DNA of 64,000 nt from an uncultured Gammaproteobacteria bacterium (lineage in GTDB: Bacteria; Patescibacteriota; Microgenomatia; PFEM01; JAPLYW01). The position numbers and the translations under genes were made by a program. Shown here piece by piece: positions 1-9,952 of the stretch (positions are counted from its first letter, which is position 1; every line of letters starts with the position of its first letter). The DNA lies in assembly GCA_965230945.1 (NCBI GenBank), contig OZ246397.1, forward strand, positions 438,284 to 502,283. The letters run 5' to 3'. Below the pieces are notes generated by a model. That model saw only the letters and a list, made by a program, of their open reading frames with translations. It did not search any database and was not told where the DNA came from.

Positions 1-1461
1 AAAGGTACTGCTAATCCAGTCCCTTCTATGGGGCCGGTTAAAGCCACCAATCCATGCGGAGAGCAGCCTCTATATCCCAATGAAGCTTGTAACTTGGGGA
101 GCATTAATTTGGCTTTAATGATTGACAAGAGAGGTAAGGGTCTTGATTGGAAACTGTTAGAGCGAATAGCTCGTCTGTCGACGCGCTTTTTGGACAATGT
201 TATTGAAGTAAATAAGTTTCCCTTAGATGAGATTGATAGGGTTGTTAAGCTTAATCGTCGTATTGGTTTAGGAGTAATGGGTTGGGCTGATTTACTTTTC
301 CAATTAGAAATTCCTTATCATTCTTCAGAAGCGCAGAGGTTAGCCCAAAAGATTATGAAATTTATTCAAAAAACTGCTCATCATGAGAGTCAGAAGCTGG
401 CCAAAAAAAGAGGCCCTTTCCCTAATTTTTCCAAGAGTATTTATAAAAAAGGCCCTCCTTTAAGAAATGCGACCTTAACAACCATTGCTCCAACAGGATC
501 TTTATCTATTATTGCCGGTTGTTCTTCAGGTATTGAACCCCTTTTTGCCTTATCTTTTAGACATAAAGCTAATGATCGAGAGTTAACATTTTTTAATCCT
601 TACTTTTTAGAAGCGGCTAAAAAGTATAAGTTAGATGATGAGGTTTTAGCTGAGGTGGAGAAAGCAGGCTCTCTTGAGAATCTGGATATTCCTAAAAAAT
701 TAAAGAAGGTCTTTTTAACAGCTCATCAGATTGGTTGGAGAGATCATATTAACACTCAAGCTTCTTTTCAAAAGGGAATTGATAATGCTGTTTCTAAAAC
801 CATTAATTTGGCTCATGAGGCAACTGTTAAGGAGGTTGCTGATGCCTATCTTTATGCTTTTAAAAAAGGTTGTTTAGGGATTACTGTTTACCGAGATGGC
901 TGTAAAGAAACACAGGTTTTATATGCTGGGGAAGAGAAAAAGCCGAAATTAAGACCTCAAATTAAACCAAGACCAGGTGTAGTTTCCGGTAAGACCTACC
1001 GTATTAAAACACCTGTTGGCACAGCCTTTGTCGTTGTTAATACTAATGGTGGTGGTCCTTTTGAGGTTTTTGTTAATGTTGGTAAGGCAGGGTCTGACAT
1101 TGCTGCTGACGCCGAAGCTCTTGGCCGTTTAGTTTCTTTAAATTTACGTTTGGGTTCAAGCTTTTCTTCAAGAGAGCTTTTAAAACAAATTGTCGATCAG
1201 CTAGAAGGTATTGGTGGGGGAGAAAGTATTGGTTTTGGTAAAAATAGGGTTCTTTCTTTAGCTGATGGTATTGCTAAGGTTTTGAAAGAATATTTAGGTG
1301 CTTCTAGGGAGGAAAAGGAAGCTACTCAAGTAGGAGAACAAGAGACCCTACTTGGTGTAGAAGAGAAACGTCGCGATCTTTGTCCTTCCTGTGGCCGAGC
1401 CAGTTTGATCTTTGAAGAAGGTTGCGCCAAATGTCTTTACTGCGGTTATAATAAATGTTAA
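1..1461 (+). CDS. nrdJ: Class II (B12-dependent) ribonucleotide reductase, C-terminal part with TSCPD-like domain and Zn ribbon; 5' end lies outside the window
   Basis: Frame open from base 1; ATNPCGEQPL active-site motif, CNLGSINL, TIAPTG, AVSKTIN, GITVYRDG; C-terminal CPSC...EEGC..C..CGY..C. Confidence 0.92.
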   Translation, partial: KGTANPVPSMGPVKATNPCGEQPLYPNEACNLGSINLALMIDKRGKGLDWKLLERIARLSTRFLDNVIEVNKFPLDEIDRVVKLNRRIGLGVMGWADLLFQLEIPYHSSEAQRLAQKIMKFIQKTAHHESQKLAKKRGPFPNFSKSIYKKGPPLRNATLTTIAPTGSLSIIAGCSSGIEPLFALSFRHKANDRELTFFNPYFLEAAKKYKLDDEVLAEVEKAGSLENLDIPKKLKKVFLTAHQIGWRDHINTQASFQKGIDNAVSKTINLAHEATVKEVADAYLYAFKKGCLGITVYRDGCKETQVLYAGEEKKPKLRPQIKPRPGVVSGKTYRIKTPVGTAFVVVNTNGGGPFEVFVNVGKAGSDIAADAEALGRLVSLNLRLGSSFSSRELLKQIVDQLEGIGGGESIGFGKNRVLSLADGIAKVLKEYLGASREEKEATQVGEQETLLGVEEKRRDLCPSCGRASLIFEEGCAKCLYCGYNKC

Positions 1462-1535
1462 TTGACATTCTAGGTATTTTGTGTTTCAATCTACGACAGA
1501 ATCATTGCCTCAAAGTTCTGCCCTGAATTTATCTA

Positions 1536-2018
1536 ATGAGTAATAAAGAGAAATTTTCTCCAAAAGAAAAAGTAGAAACTGAAGTTGAGATTAATTTAGG
1601 GAAAGAAGAAGTTGCCAAATTAGAATTTTTTAGAAAAAGCTGTGAACGTTGTATTCCTCAAATTGAGGCTGTTTTACCTAGTAAGTCGTCTGAAGGGCCC
1701 ATAGAAGACTTCTTAGATGATCAGTGGCGTTTCCTTGATTCTTTAGAGGGTATTTCCAAACAAATGCTTGAGTCTTTTAAACAGAGCACCGAATTTAGAG
1801 TAGTGCCTATGCTTAGTGCTAGGAGTAGAGATATGCTCCTTTTTTTCGAACCCGGGATGAAAGTAGCAAGCGATATTGAAAGCGATGCTGATTGGAAAAA
1901 ATTTGATTTTTTGTTTTATTATCTATACGATGATGATGAAGAAAAAGCAGAGACGATAAAAGAAAATTTAAGAGATGGGAAGACGGTCATTTTGAAGTAT
2001 GATAAAAACAAAGATTAA
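1536..2018 (+). CDS. Hypothetical protein
   Basis: 160-aa acidic ORF; TTGACA-17-TTCAAT promoter-like element at 1462. Confidence 0.6.
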   Translation: MSNKEKFSPKEKVETEVEINLGKEEVAKLEFFRKSCERCIPQIEAVLPSKSSEGPIEDFLDDQWRFLDSLEGISKQMLESFKQSTEFRVVPMLSARSRDMLLFFEPGMKVASDIESDADWKKFDFLFYYLYDDDEEKAETIKENLRDGKTVILKYDKNKD

Positions 2019-2060
2019 TCTTCTTTTTTAGTTCTTCTTATACTATAATATAAAGATAGT

Positions 2061-2417
2061 ATGGCTCTGTCCTCAAAAGAAAGACTTACTTCTGAATACA
2101 AAGGGGAACAAGTTCCCATCGTTGAAGTTGGAATTCCGCCTGAAATAGAGTCAAATAAATATCTTAAAGAGGTTAATAAAGAAGTTTCTCTATCTCAAAA
2201 GGTAAGAGATAAGTCTGGACAAGTGGTAATGGATAATGCGACTCCTAAAGAAAAAATAACTGTTACTTTGCCCTTAACTGAGCTTGAAATGAACAAAGCT
2301 CTGCATTTGAAAGTGATTTATTCTTTACGTTGGTTGGCGGAATGGACGAAAAGATTAATAAAAATGGTAGGAAGTAAATTTGACTATCGTCATAAGATGG
2401 AAGGAGTAAGAGCATAA
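2061..2417 (+). CDS. Hypothetical protein, probably co-transcribed with the downstream ATPase
   Basis: 118-aa ORF ending 3 nt before the next ATG; TATAAT at 2044. Confidence 0.7.
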   Translation: MALSSKERLTSEYKGEQVPIVEVGIPPEIESNKYLKEVNKEVSLSQKVRDKSGQVVMDNATPKEKITVTLPLTELEMNKALHLKVIYSLRWLAEWTKRLIKMVGSKFDYRHKMEGVRA

Positions 2418-2420
2418 TTT

Positions 2421-4748
2421 ATGGAACAATCAAGAGCCCTAATTTCTAATCTTCAGCAAGGGGTACTAACCTTAATAATTGCACTGCTAGTCTTGATCGC
2501 TTTATTTATTTTAAGCTATATTTTTGTTTTATGGTGGCGCCATCATACAAGAGAGGAAAAATCGCTAGATTATGTTTTACTTCAGGTAGTTGTTCCTTTT
2601 GATAATGAAATTAAGATTGATGCGGCTGAACAGATGTTTGCCTCCTTGTTTTCTATAAAAAAAGGAGGTGTGTTAAGTTTTTTGCGCTTACAACCTCATA
2701 TTACCTTTGAAATTGTCGCCAAGCATGAAGATATTCGTTTTTATGTTTCTGTACCTTCCAGGTTAAAGGATATGGTAGAAAAGCAGATAAATGGGGCTTA
2801 TCCTGATGCTGAAATTTTAGAAGTACCAGAATATAATCTTTTCTCTGAAGATGGCAGGGTTGCTTTTACGGAATTTAAGCTAAAAGAATCAGCTTACTAC
2901 CCCATTAAAGTTTACAAAGATTTGCCTACTGATCCGCTTTCTTCCATAACTACCGTTTTGGCTAAGATGGGGCCAGAGGAAGGAGCGGCTATTCAGATTT
3001 TGCTTTCTCCGGCCGATAAAAAATGGCGAGTAGGTGGCAGGGATTATATAGCTGGGATTAAAAAAGCAGAATCAGATCTTAGTAAGGCTAAATTTAAGGT
3101 TGATGCTAAAGCTCTTGAAGCTATTGAAAATAAATGTAGCAAGCCTGGCTTTAGCACGGTCATAAGAATTGTTGTTTCTTCGCCGAATGAAAGAATGGCT
3201 AAATCTCATCTGGATAATATTAAGTCTGTTTTTGAGCAGTTTTCTTCTGACCTAAATCGTTTTGGCAAAAGGAGAATTTGGTGGAAGACTGGTTTTATGG
3301 TTGATTTTATTTACCGTTATCAGCCGATGTTTAGAAATAAGACGATCCTTAATTCTGAAGAGCTGGCTACCGTTTTTCATTTTCCCAACAAACAGGTGGA
3401 AACGCCCCATATCCATTGGCTTTATTCTAAAAGAGCCCCAGCCCCGATTAAGATTCCTAAAGAAGGTTTATATTTAGGTAAAAGTACCTATCGGGGAGTA
3501 AGTAAACCCGTTTATCTTTCTGATGATGATCGACGTCGCCATCTTTACATTATTGGCAAGACAGGGACAGGGAAAACAGAAATTTTAAGAGATTTAATTC
3601 TTCAAGATATTAAGGCAGGAAGAGGAGTTTGCTTGATCGATCCTCATGACTTAGCAGAAGATTTGTTGGCCTATATTCCCCCTGAGCGAGCTGAAGATGT
3701 TATCTACTTTGATCCTTCAGATACGCAAAGACCGATGGGATTAAATCTCCTTGAGGCCTATGATGAAGAACAAAAGCATATGGTTACGACCGCAATTATC
3801 AACTTAATGTATAAACTCTACGATCCTTATAAAACTGGTATCATCGGGCCTCGTTTTGAACATGCCATTCGTAATGCTATGTTGACGGTGATGAGCGAGA
3901 AAGGAAGTACCTTTATTGAAGTCGTTCGCTGTTTGACTGATGCTAATTTTGTTCAAGAATTACTGCCTAAGGTTAAAGATCCAATTATTCGCAGATACTG
4001 GACTGATCAAATTGCCCAAACTTCAGATTTCCATAAATCAGAAGTTCTTGATTATATTGTTTCTAAGTTTGGTAGGTTTGTGACCAACAAAGCTATGAGG
4101 AATATTATTGGCCAGTCAAAATCAGCTTTTGATTTTCGTAAAGTTATGGATGAGGGTAAAATTTTAATTATTAATCTGGCTAAAGGTAAGATTGGTGAAG
4201 AGAATTCTAGCTTTCTAGGGTTGGTGCTTATTCCTAAGATTTTGGCAGCGGCTATGTCTCGAGCTGATGTTCCTGAAGAGCAAAGAAAAGATTTCTATTT
4301 ATATGTTGATGAGTTTCAGAATTTTGCCACTCCTGATTTTGCTCAAATTCTTTCTGAAGCCAGGAAGTTTCATCTTAATTTAACGGTAGCCAATCAGTTT
4401 ATCGGTCAGATGGATGAAGAGGTTAAAAACGCGGTTTTTGGTAATATTGGCAGCTTAGTTGCTTTTAGAGTGGGGGTTACCGATGCTAACTATTTACAAA
4501 GAGAATTCCAGCCAGTTTTCGGTGAAGATGATCTTTTAAATATTGAAAGATTCCATGTTTACATTAAAACCATTGTTAAGAATGAACCCGTGCCTGCTTT
4601 TTCTATGGAATTAACTAAAGATATGGAGCAGATGAAAAAACTAAGAAATCCAAAATTAGCCGAGATGATAAAAGAACTTTCCAGATTAAAGTATGGGGTT
4701 GATAGAGAAGTAATAGAAGCTGAAATTAACCAGCGCGCTAGACTTTAA
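2421..4748 (+). CDS. VirB4/TrwB(TraG)/HerA-like ATPase with N-terminal TM helix (CPR-type)
   Basis: Walker A GKTGTGKT, LIDPH, Walker B YVDEFQNF, EARKF, ANQF; hydrophobic N-terminus. Confidence 0.85.
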   Translation: MEQSRALISNLQQGVLTLIIALLVLIALFILSYIFVLWWRHHTREEKSLDYVLLQVVVPFDNEIKIDAAEQMFASLFSIKKGGVLSFLRLQPHITFEIVAKHEDIRFYVSVPSRLKDMVEKQINGAYPDAEILEVPEYNLFSEDGRVAFTEFKLKESAYYPIKVYKDLPTDPLSSITTVLAKMGPEEGAAIQILLSPADKKWRVGGRDYIAGIKKAESDLSKAKFKVDAKALEAIENKCSKPGFSTVIRIVVSSPNERMAKSHLDNIKSVFEQFSSDLNRFGKRRIWWKTGFMVDFIYRYQPMFRNKTILNSEELATVFHFPNKQVETPHIHWLYSKRAPAPIKIPKEGLYLGKSTYRGVSKPVYLSDDDRRRHLYIIGKTGTGKTEILRDLILQDIKAGRGVCLIDPHDLAEDLLAYIPPERAEDVIYFDPSDTQRPMGLNLLEAYDEEQKHMVTTAIINLMYKLYDPYKTGIIGPRFEHAIRNAMLTVMSEKGSTFIEVVRCLTDANFVQELLPKVKDPIIRRYWTDQIAQTSDFHKSEVLDYIVSKFGRFVTNKAMRNIIGQSKSAFDFRKVMDEGKILIINLAKGKIGEENSSFLGLVLIPKILAAAMSRADVPEEQRKDFYLYVDEFQNFATPDFAQILSEARKFHLNLTVANQFIGQMDEEVKNAVFGNIGSLVAFRVGVTDANYLQREFQPVFGEDDLLNIERFHVYIKTIVKNEPVPAFSMELTKDMEQMKKLRNPKLAEMIKELSRLKYGVDREVIEAEINQRARL

Positions 4749-4792
4749 GCCTTCAAATTTGATAAAATTATATTTGACTTCCTTTAGATTTT

Positions 4793-4864
4793 GGGCCTGT
4801 AGTTTAACGGTTAAAATGGGATTCTTATAAAGTCCAGTAGAAGGTTCGACTCCTTCCAGGCCCA
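4793..4864 (+). tRNA. tRNA-Ile(UAU)
   Basis: Cloverleaf: acceptor GGGCCTG/CAGGCCC, anticodon arm GGATT-CT TAT AA-AGTCC, T arm GAAGG-TTCGACT-CCTTC, A73; CCA not encoded. Confidence 0.88.
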
Positions 4865-4941
4865 CTCTAGCTTTTTTAATTTTAGACTTTGGTGTTTTAA
4901 TAGTCTTGACTCTTTGGGTTTCTTTCGGATAAAATAAGCTT

Positions 4942-6132
4942 ATGGAAAAGATACAGCGTCCTTTGGCTGATCGTATTCGTCCCCGAAAACTTGCTGAATT
5001 TGTCGGCCAGGAACATTTGGTGGGCAAGAAGGGGTTGATTCGTCAACTGATTGAGTCTGACCAAATTCCTTCAATGATCTTTTGGGGACCTCCAGGATCA
5101 GGAAAGACAACTTTGGCCCGAATTATTGCCGAAGCAACCCAAAGTCACTTTTTGTATCATTCAGCTGTGGCCACTACCCTTAAGGATGTTCGTGAAGCAG
5201 TTGGGGCGGCAAAAGAAAGACTTCAGGCTTACAACAAAAAAACGATTTTCTTTTTAGATGAAATTCATCGTTTTAACAAAGCACAACAAGATGCCTTTTT
5301 ACCTCACGTTGAAACTGGTACGATAATTTTAATTGGGGCGACAACGGAAAATCCTAGTTTTGAAGTCATCGGGCCCTTGCTTTCTCGGAGCCGTGTTTTT
5401 GTCTTAAACCAACTTTCAATTGAAGAATTGAAGATGATTATTAAAAGAGGCCTGAAGGAATTAAAGGTGACCATGGAACCAAAAGCACTTCAGCTTCTGA
5501 TGGATTTAAGTAATGGCGATGCACGAGTATCCTTAAACGCGATTGAGATTGCCGCTTCGACTTTGAAAAGAAAGAAAAAGATAAGCTTTTCCTTGATAAA
5601 AGATGTTTTCCAGAAAAAATCTCTTTTTTACGACCAAGGAGGGGAAGAACATTACAACACTATTAGCTCTTACTTGAAAAGTATGAGGGCTAGTAATGTT
5701 GATGCCGCTTTGTATTATCTTGCCCGTATGGTTGAGGCAGGGGAGGACCCAAAGTTTATTGCCAGAAGAATGGTGGTATTTGCTTCCGAAGATGTAGCCT
5801 CTCCAACTGCTTTAGTGGTCGCTAACGCTGTTTTTAGAGCCTGTGAAACTGTAGGCTACCCAGAATGTCAGGAAAACCTGGCTGCTGGTACTGTTTATCT
5901 TGCCCAAGCTCCTAAAGACCGTAGGGCTTATAACGCTTATATGAAAGCCTTGGATGATGTCAAAAAATTTGGCAACCTTCCCATTCCTCTTAATTTAAGA
6001 AATCCTGTCACAAAATTGATGAAGAAAGTAGGATATGGGAAAGGATATAACAAATATACCAAAGATGATTTACTACCAGAGAAATTAAAAGGTAAAAAGT
6101 ATTATAAGGGTAATGATAGTAGCAGTAGATGA
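4942..6132 (+). CDS. rarA: Replication-associated recombination protein A (MgsA/RarA, AAA+)
   Basis: RPLADRIRP, GPPGSGKTT, DEIHRFNKAQQD, GATTENP, ASED. Confidence 0.95.
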   Translation: MEKIQRPLADRIRPRKLAEFVGQEHLVGKKGLIRQLIESDQIPSMIFWGPPGSGKTTLARIIAEATQSHFLYHSAVATTLKDVREAVGAAKERLQAYNKKTIFFLDEIHRFNKAQQDAFLPHVETGTIILIGATTENPSFEVIGPLLSRSRVFVLNQLSIEELKMIIKRGLKELKVTMEPKALQLLMDLSNGDARVSLNAIEIAASTLKRKKKISFSLIKDVFQKKSLFYDQGGEEHYNTISSYLKSMRASNVDAALYYLARMVEAGEDPKFIARRMVVFASEDVASPTALVVANAVFRACETVGYPECQENLAAGTVYLAQAPKDRRAYNAYMKALDDVKKFGNLPIPLNLRNPVTKLMKKVGYGKGYNKYTKDDLLPEKLKGKKYYKGNDSSSR

Positions 6133-7096
6133 AACAGGTAGTTTTAATGAAAGCGGTTCTTTGGAATACGGCTTAGTTACTCTTGTTACAGTTACAGACA
6201 ATGAATGGAAGAAGTTCGTAAGACTAATGGATGGGTTATATCCTAATGGCTGGAAAGAAATAAAAGGAACAAACATTACAATTGAGAACCGGCAAAAAAT
6301 CTTAAAATATATTGGCAAAAAACAAGAAATTAGATACACTTCATTCCTATGTGATTTAACACCTGGTACTGATTCGTGGGTTAATTGGCATAAAAACGAA
6401 CAAGTTAAAAAAGTTGAGAAGTCAATTATATTGGTTAAAGAAAAACAAGGACACCCAAACCTAATCAGAGAATTAGAGTTGATTAGAAACCAAATCCGTA
6501 ACCAATCTGTAGGTGATTATTCCAAGTTTATAATGATTTTTGAGCTGTATGTTCAATGGCAAAGATTTTTCCAGTTTGACTATGTCTTTACTCATCCTAC
6601 TAATGACAGTTGGGAAATAAGACACATAGTAGATACACAAAATAAACCAGATAAGTTTAAATGGCTATTAAAAAGTATGTTGAATTTAACTACCAGTGAG
6701 CTTAACCCAGATTATGGAATCTTTTCTCCAAAAGAATGGCCAGCCAGTCATCCGTTCAATAAAATATATGGGGTGGAAGGACAGACTCATAGATTAAATG
6801 CTAAGCTGTTTTATAAAAACTTTAAGATTGGCAATGAGCTTCAAGATTTAGAATTGTTACTACCAGATTTAATAGGAAACTCTATCCATAAATCAATTAA
6901 ACACAGTAAGAATAAATCGTGGTTAAAATTGTTAAAAAGGTTGAAAAGCAACCGTTCTTTAACCATTACAAATAAAGTTTATGGTAACAATCATCAGTAT
7001 TATTTAATTAGAGGCTTTGACAGATTACGCTCCAAAAAATCTGTTAATCCAGTCCTAAAAGAGCATTGTCTATTGATGTCAAAAATACAAAAATAA
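6113..7096 (+). CDS. DUF3800-like (RNase H-fold) protein, putative nuclease
   Basis: N-terminal VAVDETG, EIKG motif and C-terminal LLLPDLI resemble the DUF3800 DESG / E.K / Q.AD pattern; overlaps the rarA 3' end by 20 nt. Confidence 0.55.
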   Translation: MIVAVDETGSFNESGSLEYGLVTLVTVTDNEWKKFVRLMDGLYPNGWKEIKGTNITIENRQKILKYIGKKQEIRYTSFLCDLTPGTDSWVNWHKNEQVKKVEKSIILVKEKQGHPNLIRELELIRNQIRNQSVGDYSKFIMIFELYVQWQRFFQFDYVFTHPTNDSWEIRHIVDTQNKPDKFKWLLKSMLNLTTSELNPDYGIFSPKEWPASHPFNKIYGVEGQTHRLNAKLFYKNFKIGNELQDLELLLPDLIGNSIHKSIKHSKNKSWLKLLKRLKSNRSLTITNKVYGNNHQYYLIRGFDRLRSKKSVNPVLKEHCLLMSKIQK

Positions 7097-7261
7097 AAAT
7101 AGTTTTTGATTATTGAGGCTGGAAATGAGATTGAGAAATCCATACAGGTATATTATTCTAATTAAAGTGCGGGTATGTGGTAATATAAAAAGGACAATAT
7201 GGTGAAAAAGATAGTAGTTAGTTTAAGGAAATGAGAATAAAGGAAAAATTTTGAGGCAATA

Positions 7262-7729
7262 ATGAAACAAAGACCTATTTTAGGCAAAGATATTCCGTGG
7301 AGTGTTATAGATGGAGAGCTTTGCCGTGTTATACGGTTTACTCCTTTTGCAAAGATAGAAAATAAAAAAGTTCGGGCAGTTGCTTCATATACACCATATG
7401 CTTTCCTAACAGTGGAGTGTAAAAAATTTAAACAGAATGCAGACTTATGGGTTACACATAAAATAGATTTTATAAATCTTTCGGAAGCCTTTGGGCAAAG
7501 AAAAATAAAAGATGGAGAGGAAGTACTGATTATTTGGTCAGTCAATCATTATAAATATAAATTGTACAAAATTTTCTCCTTTATTTTTCCAAAGATATGG
7601 GTAATGATTTGTCCCAAAAATGCCTATGAAATAGAAACTAATCCAAATTTCCGACCGGAATTGACAGGTGAGGCACGATTTTTAGCATTCAGACCCATCA
7701 AAGAGTGGGAGCCAGAAGTAATGGGTTAA
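7262..7729 (+). CDS. Hypothetical protein
   Basis: 155-aa ORF preceded by GAGG. Confidence 0.65.
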   Translation: MKQRPILGKDIPWSVIDGELCRVIRFTPFAKIENKKVRAVASYTPYAFLTVECKKFKQNADLWVTHKIDFINLSEAFGQRKIKDGEEVLIIWSVNHYKYKLYKIFSFIFPKIWVMICPKNAYEIETNPNFRPELTGEARFLAFRPIKEWEPEVMG

Positions 7730-7744
7730 AGAATTCAATTTTTC

Positions 7745-7915
7745 TTAAATTCCCGCAAAAACTAGTCCGAACATCGTCCACAATAGGGAGCTGGGAATTT
7801 TGAGCTTTTTTCGTGTCCTGATTATTTCCTGCTCAAAATCTTTATTTTTCTCAAGAGCCTTGATCAAGTAATAGTAAGATGTGTCAAGAACGCCCTGTTG
7901 TAAAGAGCTTTCACA
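7745..7915 (-). pseudogene. Possible gene remnant
   Basis: 56 open codons with no clear start (...YYLIKALEKNKDFEQEIIRTRKKLKIP...), protein-like composition, in-frame TGA directly upstream. Confidence 0.3.
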
Positions 7916-7968
7916 TCAAAAGAAGGATTGAAAAAAATAGAAACTTAGTTTCTAGACAAACCGGAGAA

Positions 7969-7996
7969 AATAACCCCGAAAGGGGTTGTTTTTTTT
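7969..7996 (+). terminator. Intrinsic terminator
   Basis: AATAACCCC-GAAA-GGGGTTGTT followed by a T run. Confidence 0.8.
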
Positions 7997-8178
7997 ATTT
8001 AATAATTATTGATGCTAGCTATTGAGAAAAGTTAAGAAGAGAGAAGAACCATCAGAACATCAATTCTAAGGTTTTGAGAGGTCATTAGACGAGGCTGAGT
8101 TTTGGTTCTAAAGACCTTAAAAATCCGAGAGGTAGTAAGATGGACATGATAACCTCCAAGTGGTATATAATAAAGAAA

Positions 8179-8550
8179 ATGGCTGAAAAAAAGAAAGAAA
8201 CATTTAAGTTCTATATGTCTGAGGGAGAACTTAAAAAAGCAGGCACTTCTTCTTCTGAAGTCTTTGAAGCTTTTTTTGGAAAAAATAAGAAAGAGGGTAA
8301 AGCAATGATGCTTATAAGCTGGCTAATTATTTCAGTGGCTTTAATCTCGGTCTGGGAGGTATTGCTACGTATCATCCCTGAAGGATGGGCTTTGGTTCCT
8401 GTAAATATTTTCTGCTTCCTGGCAAGTTTTACGATTGGAGCTTTCGGTTATTTGCCAGCATTTCGTCAGTGGATGAAACCTCTATTAGCTTGGTTCTGTG
8501 CTTTAGCATTATGGTTCCTAGTATTTGTAGTTGTTCGTAGTCTATTTTAA
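8179..8550 (+). CDS. Hypothetical membrane protein (about 3 TM); start moved from 8140
   Basis: Hydrophobic C-terminal half; TATAAT at 8166-8171 lies 7 nt before in-frame ATG 8179. Confidence 0.65.
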   Translation: MAEKKKETFKFYMSEGELKKAGTSSSEVFEAFFGKNKKEGKAMMLISWLIISVALISVWEVLLRIIPEGWALVPVNIFCFLASFTIGAFGYLPAFRQWMKPLLAWFCALALWFLVFVVVRSLF

Positions 8551-8635
8551 AGCTTAAAAAAGGAGGCCAAACTAATTTTGATGATTGTAAGAATATCGCG
8601 ACTTACAAGGTGGGAGAGAAAGAGTTGTATTGAGT

Positions 8636-8869
8636 ATGGCTAAAAAAGTTACCATCATTGCTTTAATAATCGGTTTAGCTTTTTTGGCCTACTGGTTTCA
8701 ATATAGGCTACAAAAACTAGAGGAAGCCTCTAAATTATTAAAAGAAACCTTGGGGGTTTGTGAAGTTGTGCCGAAGGCATATGATAGATATATGCCCACT
8801 ACCAAAGGTTATGAAGATGAACTTGATAGGTGTGCCAACACTTATATTAAGCTAAAAAACAGATTATAG
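8636..8869 (+). CDS. Small hypothetical protein with N-terminal TM/signal anchor
   Basis: MAKKVTIIALIIGLAFLAYW; two Cys in the C-terminal part. Confidence 0.6.
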   Translation: MAKKVTIIALIIGLAFLAYWFQYRLQKLEEASKLLKETLGVCEVVPKAYDRYMPTTKGYEDELDRCANTYIKLKNRL

Positions 8870-8920
8870 GAATTTTTAAAAGGAGGCTCAAGCCTTGAGG
8901 AGGAAGGAGGTGAAAAAATT

Positions 8921-9451
8921 ATGAGAAAGATTTTAGGGTCACCTTTTAAAATTCTGGACATTAGAGGATTTTTTATGAATAAGATTTTTGCCTATATAGA
9001 TTCTCATATCATTTGGGTTGTTATTGTGGCTCTAATGTTTTGGTTTGCTGGATGGTTTGTTTCTGGTTTTCCTCCACTTGGTCTCTTATTCCTTGTTGCT
9101 TTTGGGATTTACTTTTTTAGAGGGTTCAGGCGTGAGATGAAGGCGGGCATCCAAATCCAGCGTACAAGATTTATTCATACGGGTGTTGTAAAATTCATCT
9201 TATTCCTTTTTTTGTTTTTTGTCCTATCCGGAATCGCAAAAATAATAATGCTATTCACCTTATGGACGTTTGTTTGGATTGGTAGAGGGGCAGAAGTAGC
9301 AGACGAGGCCGTAATGCATAATCAAAAACTAGTGTATGGCCAAACAGACATTTTCATCGCATTGCCAGTTGTAGTAATTTTGACATTGCTGTACCTGCGA
9401 TACTTAAAACAAAAGAGGTCGGCAGAAGAATTGAGTGTAGGCAAAAATTAA
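8921..9451 (+). CDS. Hypothetical membrane protein (about 4 TM)
   Basis: Strong SD AGGAGGTGA upstream; hydrophobic segments. Confidence 0.7.
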   Translation: MRKILGSPFKILDIRGFFMNKIFAYIDSHIIWVVIVALMFWFAGWFVSGFPPLGLLFLVAFGIYFFRGFRREMKAGIQIQRTRFIHTGVVKFILFLFLFFVLSGIAKIIMLFTLWTFVWIGRGAEVADEAVMHNQKLVYGQTDIFIALPVVVILTLLYLRYLKQKRSAEELSVGKN

Positions 9452-9475
9452 CACATTTTAACCGCTGGGTTTTAA

Positions 9476-9952
9476 TTGATTTTATGTCGGCTAGAATTAA
9501 AATCAGAATTATTGAAAAATTTAATGAATATACTATATATTACAAAAGGTATTATCGGGGGGTTTTTATTAAAAATATTTCCTTCCTGGGGCCCTAAAGG
9601 CGTCATAGATACACAAATTATTGTTTATAATCGTCTAAAAAGAAAGTTTCCTAAGACGTCTGAAAACGATATATTAAATTCTCTTATAATGTCCAGAGTA
9701 AAAGCTTCTCCACGTGTCGCTTCCTTGCAAAACGAATATATTCATTACGAGTTGCTTTTGCAAAATCCCGATAAAACACTTGAAGATGTAATTTGGGAGA
9801 TAATCAATTATGAATATTTTGAAAGCAGAAAGGATTATTTGAAAAAGAAAATTCCTTCTAAGACCCTAATAGAAGCTAGATTAGAAGCGAAGCAATATAT
9901 AAAGAATAAAGTTACAAAAATAAAAAATGAGCAAAGACTTAATAAAATATAA
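9476..9952 (+). CDS. Hypothetical protein (true start may be ATG 9524)
   Basis: 158-aa ORF overlapping the next gene. Confidence 0.6.
   Translation: MILCRLELKSELLKNLMNILYITKGIIGGFLLKIFPSWGPKGVIDTQIIVYNRLKRKFPKTSENDILNSLIMSRVKASPRVASLQNEYIHYELLLQNPDKTLEDVIWEIINYEYFESRKDYLKKKIPSKTLIEARLEAKQYIKNKVTKIKNEQRLNKI

Noticed and set aside
4686-5027. 113-aa - strand ORF, and the 62-aa ORF at 53048-53236
   Set aside because: Both run across clear tRNA genes.
8045-8120. Possible pseudoknot (AGAACCA/TGGTTCT crossing TAAGGTTTT/AAGACCTTA)
   Set aside because: Short AT-rich stems with no promoter, terminator or family match to support them.
8553-8912. Repeated AAAAGGAGGC after two island genes and a 17-codon ORF at 8581-8634
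   Set aside because: Most simply orphan Shine-Dalgarno sequences left by deleted genes; too short to call a recombination repeat.
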